Below are positions 1 to 9,154 of a DNA stretch of 49,710 bases, piece by piece (position 1 is the stretch's first letter; every line of letters begins with the position of its first letter). The notes under the pieces were generated by a model, which saw only the letters and a list, made by a program, of their open reading frames with translations, was not told where the DNA came from and did no database searches. Source of the DNA: a virus (Duplodnaviria > Caudoviricetes); the IMG/VR virus record IMGVR_UViG_3300017658_000259, positions 1 through 49,710 of that record. One strand, written 5' to 3'. A program made the translations under genes and the position numbers.

Positions 1-90
1 CTAGCTGGGCATGGCGTTCAGCTTGTCGATGAGCGTCAGCACGAAGCCGAGGACGAATCCCGCGGCGATGGCCCGCAGCAGCCAGGGCAT
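1..90 (-). CDS. Small hydrophobic peptide (29 aa)
   Basis: MPWLLRAIAAGFVLGFVLTLIDKL: one TM segment, start overlaps the stop of the upstream gene. Confidence 0.35.
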   Translation of the reverse strand: MPWLLRAIAAGFVLGFVLTLIDKLNAMPS

Positions 91-425
91 CAGCGGATCA
101 GCGCCACGAGCATGTCGCTCGACAGCGTGCCGGTGATCGCCGCCACCGCCACGATCAGGAGGCCGATCGCCTCGCGCGGGCTGAGGCCCAAGAATTCGCT
201 CCACGCGGGCCGCCCGGGCGGCGGCTTCGCCAGGTGCGTATCGATCCGCTGGTGCACCACATCGATCCGCTCGTGCACGCGGTCGAGGCCCGCCGTCATC
301 TGCTCGCGCATCAGCTCCTGGCCCGTCTCCAGGCCGCCCACCGAGTGCTTGAGATCGAGCAGGATGCCGAACAGGTCCCAGCTCGGCTGATGGTGCCCGT
401 TCATAGGGCGGTCTTCGTAGCGCAT
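90..425 (-). CDS. Coiled-coil protein with C-terminal TM helix, possible holin-like lysis protein
   Basis: C-terminal hydrophobic stretch AIGLLIVAVAAITG; follows the spanin genes; GGAGG upstream. Confidence 0.5.
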   Translation of the reverse strand: MRYEDRPMNGHHQPSWDLFGILLDLKHSVGGLETGQELMREQMTAGLDRVHERIDVVHQRIDTHLAKPPPGRPAWSEFLGLSPREAIGLLIVAVAAITGTLSSDMLVALIR

Positions 426-467
426 GGGACATTGGCCCCCTCCAATGTGCGTTGCGGATGAACGCGG

Positions 468-701
468 CTACGCTACGGGCTTCGGCTTGCCGCACAGGCG
501 GTCCACCTTGGCGTTGTGGCGCCGCGCCTGATCGATGGTCTCGGGCGTGTCGTCGACCGACCAGCGCACCTTCTTCGACACCTGACAGAAGTTGTCGGGC
601 TCGAGCGTCACCGGCACGAGGTTGAGGTCGAGATCCTTGCCGTTGGCGGCGCAGCCGGCCAAGGCGAGCGCCGCGAGCGCGGCGATGATGAAGTTCTTCA
701 C
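468..701 (-). CDS. o-spanin (Rz1-like lipoprotein)
   Basis: Signal peptide with lipobox LAGC; overlaps the i-spanin stop; lysis cassette position. Confidence 0.75.
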   Translation of the reverse strand: MKNFIIAALAALALAGCAANGKDLDLNLVPVTLEPDNFCQVSKKVRWSVDDTPETIDQARRHNAKVDRLCGKPKPVA

Positions 702-1027
702 TGGCTTTCTCCCCCGGGTTTCAGACGCTCACGACAGGACGCGGACCTGTTGCAGAGGTCCTGCAACTCGGCCTTCTCGACCGGCGTCGGACCTACGGCG
801 CGCTCGGCCTCGTCGGCGAGGCGACGCGCCTCGGCGGCCTTCTCGTCGAGCTGGCGCTGGATAGCGGCGATGCGGCCGTTGCAGGCCGAGGCGGCCGCCT
901 GGGTAGCCTTGTCGGCGGCGGTGCGCTCGGCCGCCGGGATGTCGATCCACTTCGCCTTGAGGTCCGATAGGCCCCAGGTGAGGAACGGCGCCGCGACGGC
1001 GACCGCTATCAGGATGATCTGCTGCAT
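698..1027 (-). CDS. i-spanin (Rz-like)
   Basis: N-terminal TM helix, periplasmic coiled coil with Cys; follows the endolysin. Confidence 0.7.
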   Translation of the reverse strand: MQQIILIAVAVAAPFLTWGLSDLKAKWIDIPAAERTAADKATQAAASACNGRIAAIQRQLDEKAAEARRLADEAERAVGPTPVEKAELQDLCNRSASCRERLKPGGESQ

Positions 1028-1036
1028 GTGCTCCCC

Positions 1037-1987
1037 CTATGCCGGCTGGTGCTGCGAGAGCACCGCGTTGGCGATGTAGTCCTTGACGCGCTTCAGCTTG
1101 CCGGAGCGACCGAGCCACCAGACGTAGCCGCCGGCGAAGATGATCCCGACGAGCCACGGGTTCTGGACGAACATCTGCCCCAGCGAGGATGCGGTGCTGA
1201 CGAGCGAGTGCACGACGCCCGTCTGGTCGACGAGCGGCTGCATCGACACGGGGTCGACGGCCGGCGCTGCTGCAGGCGCCTGCATGGTGCCCTGCAGGGC
1301 CGCCGTGCCGACGCCGGCGAGGACGAGGCCGCCACCGGAGGCCTGCTGCATGTCGGCGCGCTCGATGCCCTTGCTGCCCGCCGTGCGCAGGTCCTGCACC
1401 GTCGGCGCCACGTAGCGGCGTATGGCAACGGCTTCCGAGACGTGATGCTCGGCATAGCTGGTCGTGTCCGACTGGTTGGCACCGATGCACCGCCAGCGGC
1501 CGCCGCCGAGGTCGGTATCGAGCAGCACGGCGTGGCCCTGCCAGGCGGCACCGCGCGGCAGGACCATGATGCAGCCGGGGCCGGGGTTCTTGCGCGCGTC
1601 GACGCCGTAGGACGTGTAGGAGCGGGCCAGCAGCCGCTGATCCTTAGGCGGCAGCGGCACATAGATGCCGTGCTCGGCGAGGATGGTCAGCGCGCTCGGG
1701 CCGCCCTTGATCAGGTCGGTGAGTTTGTACCCGGCCTTGAAGAACTCGGCCGCCACCAGCGCCGCGCCGACCGCCATGGCGCAGTTCGCCACCTCGTCCG
1801 ACGTGATGTCTGGCCGGTCGACGAGCGCCGACCAGCTCTGCGGCGTCCCGGCGATGATCGGGTTCGCCTTCGGGCCGGGAATTTCCTTCGTGCCGAGCCA
1901 GCCGCGCATCACCTCGAGGTGTGCGGGCACGGCAGCCTTCGTCGCCATGTTGTCCCCCGTGGGTTTAAAGAAGAGAAACTGCGCCAT
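1037..1987 (-). CDS. Endolysin, TIGR02594-like CHAP/NlpC-P60 type, with C-terminal TM region
   Basis: GTKEIPGPKANPII, catalytic Cys (NCAMAVG), WQGH, IGANQSD; start may instead be 1948. Confidence 0.75.
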   Translation of the reverse strand: MAQFLFFKPTGDNMATKAAVPAHLEVMRGWLGTKEIPGPKANPIIAGTPQSWSALVDRPDITSDEVANCAMAVGAALVAAEFFKAGYKLTDLIKGGPSALTILAEHGIYVPLPPKDQRLLARSYTSYGVDARKNPGPGCIMVLPRGAAWQGHAVLLDTDLGGGRWRCIGANQSDTTSYAEHHVSEAVAIRRYVAPTVQDLRTAGSKGIERADMQQASGGGLVLAGVGTAALQGTMQAPAAAPAVDPVSMQPLVDQTGVVHSLVSTASSLGQMFVQNPWLVGIIFAGGYVWWLGRSGKLKRVKDYIANAVLSQHQPA

Positions 1988-1991
1988 GGGC

Positions 1992-2663
1992 TCAGCCCCA
2001 GGTGCCGCCGACGATGCCGGCGACGTCGCTGCTGCTCCACGTCGCGGTGCCCGTGACGCTTTCAGCGGCTTTCGAGTACCCGGCGCTGAAGTGCGATTGG
2101 CCGGAGAGCGTGCCGTCGCCGATGAGCGACATGCCGGTTCCGCTCCATGCGGTTTCGCCGTCGACGCCGGTCGGGCCGCGGTGGGCGGCGAACCACACGC
2201 CGAAGCCGCCATTCGGGATGGTCAGAGCCTTGCCGACCGAAGTGGCCGTGGCCGAAGCGTTCCCCGATGCCGACGCCGCGACCGCCATCGCCGCGGCGCG
2301 CAGGACGATGATGCGCATCCCGCCGCTGGTAGCGCCGCTCTGGTTGACCTGAATCGATTGCCCCGTGGTGCCGGTGGGCACGATGGCGGCGAACATGGCG
2401 AGGCGGCGGAACGTGTCGATGCTGACCTCATCGATCTTCGTGCCTGTCACCGCCCCGAAAATGCAGCTGTCGATCGAGCGCGCCGGGCTCGAGGAGTTGG
2501 TGACGCCGGCGATGATCAGCCGGTAAGGGTGCGCGGCGCCGAAATCCAAGCCGCTGAAGGTCGGATTCTGCGACGCGCTCGACGCCGGCGCGCCGATGAG
2601 CGTTGGCGGCTCGAAGACGCGGCCGAAGCTCGCCAGCAGCCCAGCGCAAACGGCAGCGCTCAT
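1992..2663 (-). CDS. Tail fiber-associated beta-rich protein
   Basis: Gly/Ser/Ala-rich; translationally coupled to the tail fiber gene. Confidence 0.55.
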   Translation of the reverse strand: MSAAVCAGLLASFGRVFEPPTLIGAPASSASQNPTFSGLDFGAAHPYRLIIAGVTNSSSPARSIDSCIFGAVTGTKIDEVSIDTFRRLAMFAAIVPTGTTGQSIQVNQSGATSGGMRIIVLRAAAMAVAASASGNASATATSVGKALTIPNGGFGVWFAAHRGPTGVDGETAWSGTGMSLIGDGTLSGQSHFSAGYSKAAESVTGTATWSSSDVAGIVGGTWG

Positions 2664-4078
2664 TACGAGAGCCCCACGCCGGAAATCTTCCACTTGGTCG
2701 TGCCGGTCTTTACTGCTGTAGCGATGCCGTTGGCGGCCAACGTGCGCGAGCCCGTCGAGCCAGAGCCAGCCGCCGTAAGCGTGTCGGAGGCGATGGCGAT
2801 GGTCAGCGTGTTGATCTCGTTGTCGAAGACCAGCACCGTGCCGATGAGGAATGCTACCGAAGCATTGGCGGGGATGGTGAAGGTGCGCGCGTTGTTGTCC
2901 GACGACGGGTGCTGGATCATATAACCGGCGTCGGTGGCGACGATGGTGTAGGCGCCGCTTTGGCTGTTCTGGCGGATGAGCGACGACAGCTGCGCATCGT
3001 AGGCCTGAACGTTGGTGCCGATCGCAAGCCCCAGGTTCGTGCGCGCCGCGGCGGCATCGCCGAGGTCGGACAGGTTGCTCGCCGCCGTCAGCTTGCCGCT
3101 CAGCGCCGTGGCGATCTCCGCCAGCGTGTCGAAGGCCGACGAGACGCCGTCGCGCACCGTGGCGAGGATGCTGGCGCTGAGGGCGGCGATGGTGGTGCCG
3201 CCACCCTTCACCGTCCCGCCCGAGGTGCCGTCGAAGACGGCGATCTCCGCGTCGGCGACGGTGCCGGAGCCGGGGCCCGACAGATCGCCGGAGCCGGCCG
3301 GGCCGCGTATGTCCACGGCGTCCTCGATCGCCTCCACCAAGTCCTCGGCGCCGACGTAGAGACCGGTTTCCGGTTTCGTCCCCTCGCCGCCCTGCCAGTC
3401 GACCACCTGGTGCACGCGCCGCTCACCGTCGCTCACCGCCGCTAGCACCGGCGACCAGCCGGCGTAGCCGCGCAAGCCCTGTGGCCCGCGCACGTCGACG
3501 GCATCGCCGATCGTCGCCGTCAGGCCGTCGGCGGCGAGGTAGTCGCCGATGTCAGGCGCCTCGCCCTGCCCGCCGACCCAATCGGCCACCTGCATGACGA
3601 TGCGGTCGCCGTCCGCCAACAGGGCGAAGATCGGCGACCAGCCGCCGTCGCCCTTGAGTGTCGTCGCCTCGCTCCAGGCGCCGTCGGTCTTGAAGTAAAA
3701 CGCCTGCGCGTCGAGGTCGAAGGCGATGGCGCCGTCGGCGCCGAAGGCGTTGTCCGGGGCGCCGGTGGTCTGGATGACGGGCGTGATCTTGGCCAGCAGC
3801 TCGCCCACCTTGATGGCGAGGTCCGAGGCGAGCGTCCACTTGGGGCTGCGCCGGTCGATGGCATAGGCGACGCCCGAGACCGTTTCGCCGTCGAAGGCAG
3901 CGGCAAGCGTCAGCGCGGTGTTGCTCTCGACCGAGGCCACCTCCTGCCACGTGTCGCCGCCGTCGAAGGTGATGGCGTCACCGGGCTTGACCTGACTGCT
4001 CCAGGCCGTGAGCGCGCCGGTGACGGCCGTGCCGCCGGCCTCCACCGAGGCGGTGCCCTGGCGATACCAGATGGTCAT
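2663..4078 (-). CDS. Tail fiber protein
   Basis: N-terminal WYRQGTASV fiber motif, duplicated GWSP...RGP domain, FDTLAEIA and ARTNLGL shaft motifs. Confidence 0.8.
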   Translation of the reverse strand: MTIWYRQGTASVEAGGTAVTGALTAWSSQVKPGDAITFDGGDTWQEVASVESNTALTLAAAFDGETVSGVAYAIDRRSPKWTLASDLAIKVGELLAKITPVIQTTGAPDNAFGADGAIAFDLDAQAFYFKTDGAWSEATTLKGDGGWSPIFALLADGDRIVMQVADWVGGQGEAPDIGDYLAADGLTATIGDAVDVRGPQGLRGYAGWSPVLAAVSDGERRVHQVVDWQGGEGTKPETGLYVGAEDLVEAIEDAVDIRGPAGSGDLSGPGSGTVADAEIAVFDGTSGGTVKGGGTTIAALSASILATVRDGVSSAFDTLAEIATALSGKLTAASNLSDLGDAAAARTNLGLAIGTNVQAYDAQLSSLIRQNSQSGAYTIVATDAGYMIQHPSSDNNARTFTIPANASVAFLIGTVLVFDNEINTLTIAIASDTLTAAGSGSTGSRTLAANGIATAVKTGTTKWKISGVGLS

Positions 4079-4115
4079 GATGTGATCCTGGGTGAAACGA
4101 GCGGGCCGATGCGCG

Positions 4116-4661
4116 CTAGACGGCGAACGACCCGACGAGCAGTCGGTAATAAACCGTGCAGGCCGGCCGGGTGAGGGTGATGGCTGGGGGCGCGCCGGGG
4201 TCTTGCGCGCGCAAGACGACGCGCTCGTTCATGTAAAGCACGTTGTCGTCGACGAAGAACGAGTAGAACGCCATGCCGGTCATGTACCGGTAATTCGTGT
4301 CGGTTTGCGGCGAGGTCGTCGAGCCGCACGCGTACAGGAGATCGAGATGCGACCCCGATGCGCTGCGCCAAAGGTCGTCGAGCGGATGCGAGCCGCTCGC
4401 CCATGACGTGCGCAGCAATCCGCGGACGACGGTGGCTCCAGGGGTGACGGATTCGATGCTGTGATCGGAATTGACGTCAATGACAGTGCTGGTAACGCCG
4501 TTCGATGAAGCCGAGCGCGATGGCAGCGACAATGAGCCGATTTTCACGTCGGACGGCGCGACGCACAGCAGCCCGTCGTTTGTATCGAATACAAGGGGCG
4601 AGCCGTCGGCGGTCGGGTCGGTAACAAATAGGCGCCCGCTGCCGGGATCGTACTTCAGCAT
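4116..4661 (-). CDS. Putative tail tip/baseplate protein
   Basis: Starts MLKYDPG, overlapping the upstream stop; tail module position. Confidence 0.55.
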   Translation of the reverse strand: MLKYDPGSGRLFVTDPTADGSPLVFDTNDGLLCVAPSDVKIGSLSLPSRSASSNGVTSTVIDVNSDHSIESVTPGATVVRGLLRTSWASGSHPLDDLWRSASGSHLDLLYACGSTTSPQTDTNYRYMTGMAFYSFFVDDNVLYMNERVVLRAQDPGAPPAITLTRPACTVYYRLLVGSFAV

Positions 4662-5464
4662 CAGAACGTCACGCGGATGAACGGAGCCTGGTAGGAGCCG
4701 CCGCTGGTCGTAGAGGTGTTCCAACCGTAGACCGTCTGCGCCACGAACCCAGCGCAGGCGTAACGCCAGCGCCAGCCGGTGATATTTTGCACGACCGGCC
4801 CGGCTCCTGACCCGACGATGGCCACCGTCGGCCCGGTGGCGAGCGGCTTGATGCCCGTGCCCGTAGCAAGGCGGCGGATGTAGCGGCGCGCGGAATCGAA
4901 GCGCCCGCGGCCGAACTGCACACGCGTCGGGGAGACCAGAACGCGCGGCAGGTCCGGATCTCCGGTCGGCGCCGGACCGCTCGCAAGGAAATCGAAGGCG
5001 CTGACGACGACGGTGAACGAGGTGGCTGGCCGCGCCGAGGAGAATGCCGGCGTCATGCCCCAATAGCGCAGGATGACCTGTGTCGACGTCGAGCAGAGCG
5101 CAACCCAGGTCGCAAAGCCGCTGATGGCCGTATAGACCGGAACCGAGCCGTTGAGGTCGACGCGCTCCCCGCCGAGGTCGACGATATAGCCTTCCACCAT
5201 GCAGGCATCCGAGAACCCGTGGTCGAAAAGCACGATGGTGCCGGAGAACTGCCGGTTGGCAGCCTGCGACGGGATGGTGACGTCGACCTCCTGCGTCAGC
5301 GCCGGCGTCGTGCTGGGATAGATGTGCCCAGAGTGGAACTGCAGGCGATCTGCATTGGATAGAGGGTCCGTGAGCGGCGAGTCGTCGGTCGACGCGTGCG
5401 AAGGCACCGAGTAGATCGCCACATCGCCCGTATCCTCATCGTGCTTCAAACGCCAGACGGTCAT
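4661..5464 (-). CDS. Putative tail tip protein
   Basis: Beta-rich ORF directly after the J-like gene. Confidence 0.6.
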   Translation of the reverse strand: MTVWRLKHDEDTGDVAIYSVPSHASTDDSPLTDPLSNADRLQFHSGHIYPSTTPALTQEVDVTIPSQAANRQFSGTIVLFDHGFSDACMVEGYIVDLGGERVDLNGSVPVYTAISGFATWVALCSTSTQVILRYWGMTPAFSSARPATSFTVVVSAFDFLASGPAPTGDPDLPRVLVSPTRVQFGRGRFDSARRYIRRLATGTGIKPLATGPTVAIVGSGAGPVVQNITGWRWRYACAGFVAQTVYGWNTSTTSGGSYQAPFIRVTF

Positions 5465-5467
5465 GCT

Positions 5468-8026
5468 CTATCCGATCTGAAAGGCGCCGGTATCGAGGTC
5501 GAAATAGGTCGTGTTGTCGGCATTCTGTAAGCGCCCGGCCGTGATGATGCCGAGGTTGGCGACGATGGCGCTCAGGGATTCGACGCTGACCGATCCCGCC
5601 CGGATGGCGTCGGCGATGAGCTCGCCGGCGATGTGCGCCTTGGTTTCCCCGTCGATCTCGCTCAGCGTGAACACCGGCACCGGATCGCCGCCGGCAACGT
5701 CGGGGTGCGCGATGGCGAGCTTGTCGGCGACGATGGTCAGCTGCGATTCATCGGCCGCGCCGTCGAGGCGCACCAGGCCGACCACCTGGCCGTTGATGTT
5801 GATGGAGACGCCCCAGCCGGCCTTGATGCCGTCGATGCTCTCGATCACCTCCGAGATGGACGCCTCGTTCTCGCCGATCCACGTGACGGCGGTGGTGATC
5901 TGCTGGGCGAGGGCATTGAGCCCGTTGACCCGCTCCGTCGTCTCGGTGAGCAGCCGGGCGCCGTTCTCCTGCCCCTGCACCAGCGAGGCGAGCGCCGCCT
6001 CGCCCACCTGCTGCGCCCAGCCGTAGGCCTCCTTGATCTGCTCGGCCACCGAGCCCTGGATGGCGTCGATGTCCGTGACGAGCTTCAGCTCGAAGAGGGC
6101 CTGGGCGGAGAGCATCTCCGGCGTGATGGTGTCCGGCGGCACGGAATTGGCCTGCTCGGAGATCAGCGCCGAGGCGACGATCTGCGCCCCCGAGCTGCCG
6201 CCCGTCGACACCCAGCCCGTCCACGCCACGGCGCGCGGCGGCGCCGTGACCGGCTTCACGCGCACCTCGTACAGCGTGCCGCCCTGCACCCCCTGCACCC
6301 ACGCGTGACTGCCGGCGCCTGGGTCGAGGATCTCGACCGACAGCGATGCATCATCGCCCGTGCGCCGGTATTCGGCGATAAGCGAGGTCACCGTATAGTC
6401 CTCGATCACATCCCAGGTTATGCGGATGCCCGGCCGGGCGATGCCGTCGACGCCGCCGACGATGGCGAAGTTCTGCGCCGTCAGGCCGGTGACGGTGGTG
6501 AAGGTGGCGCCGCCCGACGGCAGCTCCACCGGGTCGAGCGGGTCGAGCTCGTCGGTGGCGGGATCCCAGGCGAAAATGCCGGCGGCCGTCGCCTGCAATG
6601 TGGCCGGCACCGACAGGTCGTCCGCCTGCGGCGCCTCCTCGACGCTGAACATCTGGTTGACGTAGCCGTAGCGATCGCTGTTCCAGACGATCCAGTCGCC
6701 GGCCTCGAGCGTGGCGCAGCGCGCCCGGAGCGGAATCGATACGCGCAGCTGCGCCCGCGCCTTGCGGCGCAGGATCTCCAGCACCCGCTGCCCCTGGCGC
6801 TGGTCGCACACGAGGTCGAGGGCGTAGCTCTGCGCCCAGCGCTCGCCGCCGTCGATCGCCTCGTCGGCGGAGGATATGCGCGGCGGCAGCGGCATCGACT
6901 CGTATCCGGAGTCCGGATCGTGGAAGGAGCCGAGCACAGCGTTGACCAGCTGCGAACGAGGATTCTTGGGCGTGATCTCCACCGCCTGGTCGAGCATCAG
7001 GTCGTCGTCGGTGATCGACATCACCGGCGCCTGCGCCACGCCCGGCAGGCACTTGATGACGCCGCCGGTGTCGACCTCCTCGCCCGCCATCGCCGCCAGC
7101 ATGGCGCGGATGACGGTGCGGTTGTCGTCGCCGCCGATGATGCCGTGCATGCGGTAGCGCGGATCGTTGCCCGAGCCGTCCCTGCGCGCCACCGTCTCGT
7201 CGCAGGCGTTCATGGCCGCGAACCAGTTGTCGAGCGGCATCGCCGCCGGCACCGTCGCCATGCCGGTCAGGCGCTCGCCGTTGACGTAGATGCCGCGGCG
7301 CCAGTTGTAGAGGCAGACGGCGGGATTTGCCGTCCACTCGTAGGTCGAAGGATCGCCCCAGCGATGATCGCCGGAGCCGCCGGCGGTGGTGTCCTTGCGC
7401 GGGTCGTAGAGGCGGATACCGCGGAAGACGAACACCAGCCGCGGCATGCCGTCGGCGAACACCTCGGCGTCATAGCGCAGCGTCACGCGCACGTAGGCGA
7501 CGCCGCGGCCGCGGTGGCTGCTGGTCCATTTGTCGCCCGAGCGGGCGATGAGGTCGGCGTCGGCGTCCTGATCCCAGGCGCCATCGTGCCAAGCGACCCA
7601 GATGTTGTCGCTGCGGCCGCTGACCGGGAATCCGGTCACCCAGGCGCCCGGGTGGAACGCCTCGAGCGCGCGGTACTTGCCGTTGACGATGACGCCCTCG
7701 ATGCCGTCGCACTGGTGGTCGGCGAGGGCGTAGACGAGCTGCGCGAAGTCGTTGCCGTTGGGGCCGTAGACGTTCTGGTAGACGAGCGTGCCGGCGCTGG
7801 CGCAGCGGCCGAAGGCCACCTCGCGCTCGGCGTTGGGATCGAAGCGCGGCGACAGGCGCATGCCGGCCGTGCCGGGGTTATAGTCGCGCGATGTCGGCGC
7901 CGGCGCCAGTTTGCGCGCCAGGTAGCCGGCGCCGACGGCAATTGCCGTGCCGACGATGGCGGTGCCGACGGCACTGAGCCCTGCGATGGCGCCGATGATC
8001 GGCGCGATGAACGCCAGCGGCGTCAT
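5468..8026 (-). CDS. Tip attachment / central tail fiber protein (lambda J-like)
   Basis: RGIRLYDPR, WTANPAVC motifs, FN3-like region, C-terminal DUF1983-like and SLSAIVANLG motifs. Confidence 0.85.
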   Translation of the reverse strand: MTPLAFIAPIIGAIAGLSAVGTAIVGTAIAVGAGYLARKLAPAPTSRDYNPGTAGMRLSPRFDPNAEREVAFGRCASAGTLVYQNVYGPNGNDFAQLVYALADHQCDGIEGVIVNGKYRALEAFHPGAWVTGFPVSGRSDNIWVAWHDGAWDQDADADLIARSGDKWTSSHRGRGVAYVRVTLRYDAEVFADGMPRLVFVFRGIRLYDPRKDTTAGGSGDHRWGDPSTYEWTANPAVCLYNWRRGIYVNGERLTGMATVPAAMPLDNWFAAMNACDETVARRDGSGNDPRYRMHGIIGGDDNRTVIRAMLAAMAGEEVDTGGVIKCLPGVAQAPVMSITDDDLMLDQAVEITPKNPRSQLVNAVLGSFHDPDSGYESMPLPPRISSADEAIDGGERWAQSYALDLVCDQRQGQRVLEILRRKARAQLRVSIPLRARCATLEAGDWIVWNSDRYGYVNQMFSVEEAPQADDLSVPATLQATAAGIFAWDPATDELDPLDPVELPSGGATFTTVTGLTAQNFAIVGGVDGIARPGIRITWDVIEDYTVTSLIAEYRRTGDDASLSVEILDPGAGSHAWVQGVQGGTLYEVRVKPVTAPPRAVAWTGWVSTGGSSGAQIVASALISEQANSVPPDTITPEMLSAQALFELKLVTDIDAIQGSVAEQIKEAYGWAQQVGEAALASLVQGQENGARLLTETTERVNGLNALAQQITTAVTWIGENEASISEVIESIDGIKAGWGVSININGQVVGLVRLDGAADESQLTIVADKLAIAHPDVAGGDPVPVFTLSEIDGETKAHIAGELIADAIRAGSVSVESLSAIVANLGIITAGRLQNADNTTYFDLDTGAFQIG

Positions 8027-8032
8027 GGCTGG

Positions 8033-8539
8033 TCAGCGCCCCACTCTGAAGGCGCGCTGCAGCAGCGTGCGCGGAAAGATGACGACGCCCGTGGCCGTGA
8101 GCGACATCGCCGTCGAGCCGACGATGACCGCCGGGCAGGATAGCGTTTCGACGTCGCCCGCGTAGCCGATGTCGCCGCGCCGCGCGTCGGCCGGCTGGAT
8201 CTCGTCGAACAGCGCTTCGATGAGGCCGCACACCGACGTGTAGCCCGAGCGCGCCAGGCGCCGCATCGCGTCCGCCTCGCTCTGCCACGGCTTGAACCGC
8301 GCCAGCGGGTCGACGCCGACGACGGCCGTCACCGCCTCGGAGAACAGCGTGGCGCAATCGCGCTTGCCCCAGGCGAAAGCGCCGTTGTGATAGCTCGCCG
8401 CCTGAATCAGCCGCTCGGGCCAGTCGTTGCGCCGCGCCAGTCGCGAAAAGTCATCGGGTGCGGTCGCAGCCGGCGCGGCCACCAAAGCGCATTCTCCTTG
8501 CCGCATGGCGCGCGAGCTCCCCTTCGTGTCAGCCAGCAT
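8033..8539 (-). CDS. Tail-associated NlpC/P60-like protein (lambda K-like)
   Basis: FAWGKRDCATL and ARRGDI motifs. Confidence 0.75.
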   Translation of the reverse strand: MLADTKGSSRAMRQGECALVAAPAATAPDDFSRLARRNDWPERLIQAASYHNGAFAWGKRDCATLFSEAVTAVVGVDPLARFKPWQSEADAMRRLARSGYTSVCGLIEALFDEIQPADARRGDIGYAGDVETLSCPAVIVGSTAMSLTATGVVIFPRTLLQRAFRVGR

Positions 8540-9147
8540 TAGAAAAGCCCGAAGAACTTCTTTTTCGGCGGGTCCGCCGCGACGCGGGACACCGGCTGGC
8601 GGCCCCAATCGAGCGGCTCCTGGCCGGACTTGGCGGTAAAGGCGAAGAAGGCGTCGTCCGGATCGCGCTGCCGCTGGTCGGCGTCGCCGCGCGTGCGCAC
8701 GCCGCGCCGCGATAGTTCGCGCGCAGGCGACTCGCAGCGGAACACCAGCGTCGAGGTGTCGAGGTCGCGGCGCAGCATCTGGTCGATGTAGCCGGAGAAC
8801 ACCGGCATCACGTGGATGATCTGCGGTGTGTCCTCGCTGATAATGGCGCGCGCGATCCAGACCGGCCGCTCGTGCCAGGCGCCGGTGTCCATGACGTTGG
8901 CCACCTCGATGTCGATACCCGCGAAGGTGACGTCCATGTTGCGCGCCGACAGGTCGGAAACCGACATCGGGCGCGAGGTGACGAACTTGCCGGCGGCGCC
9001 GTGATAGGTGACGCCCTCGTAGCTGATGGCGCCGATGTCGTCCCAGACGGCGAACGGACCGTCGTCGAGGTCGGCGCGCAGCAGGCAACGGCGGCGAAAG
9101 CGGCCGCTGTCGAGCGCCGCCTGCGCCTCGCTGGAGATGATGCGCAT
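8539..9147 (-). CDS. Tail hub / minor tail protein (DUF2163-like)
   Basis: VFSGYID and DQRQRDPDDAFF motifs; position before the NlpC/P60 gene. Confidence 0.7.
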   Translation of the reverse strand: MRIISSEAQAALDSGRFRRRCLLRADLDDGPFAVWDDIGAISYEGVTYHGAAGKFVTSRPMSVSDLSARNMDVTFAGIDIEVANVMDTGAWHERPVWIARAIISEDTPQIIHVMPVFSGYIDQMLRRDLDTSTLVFRCESPARELSRRGVRTRGDADQRQRDPDDAFFAFTAKSGQEPLDWGRQPVSRVAADPPKKKFFGLF

Positions 9148-9154
9148 GTGGAGG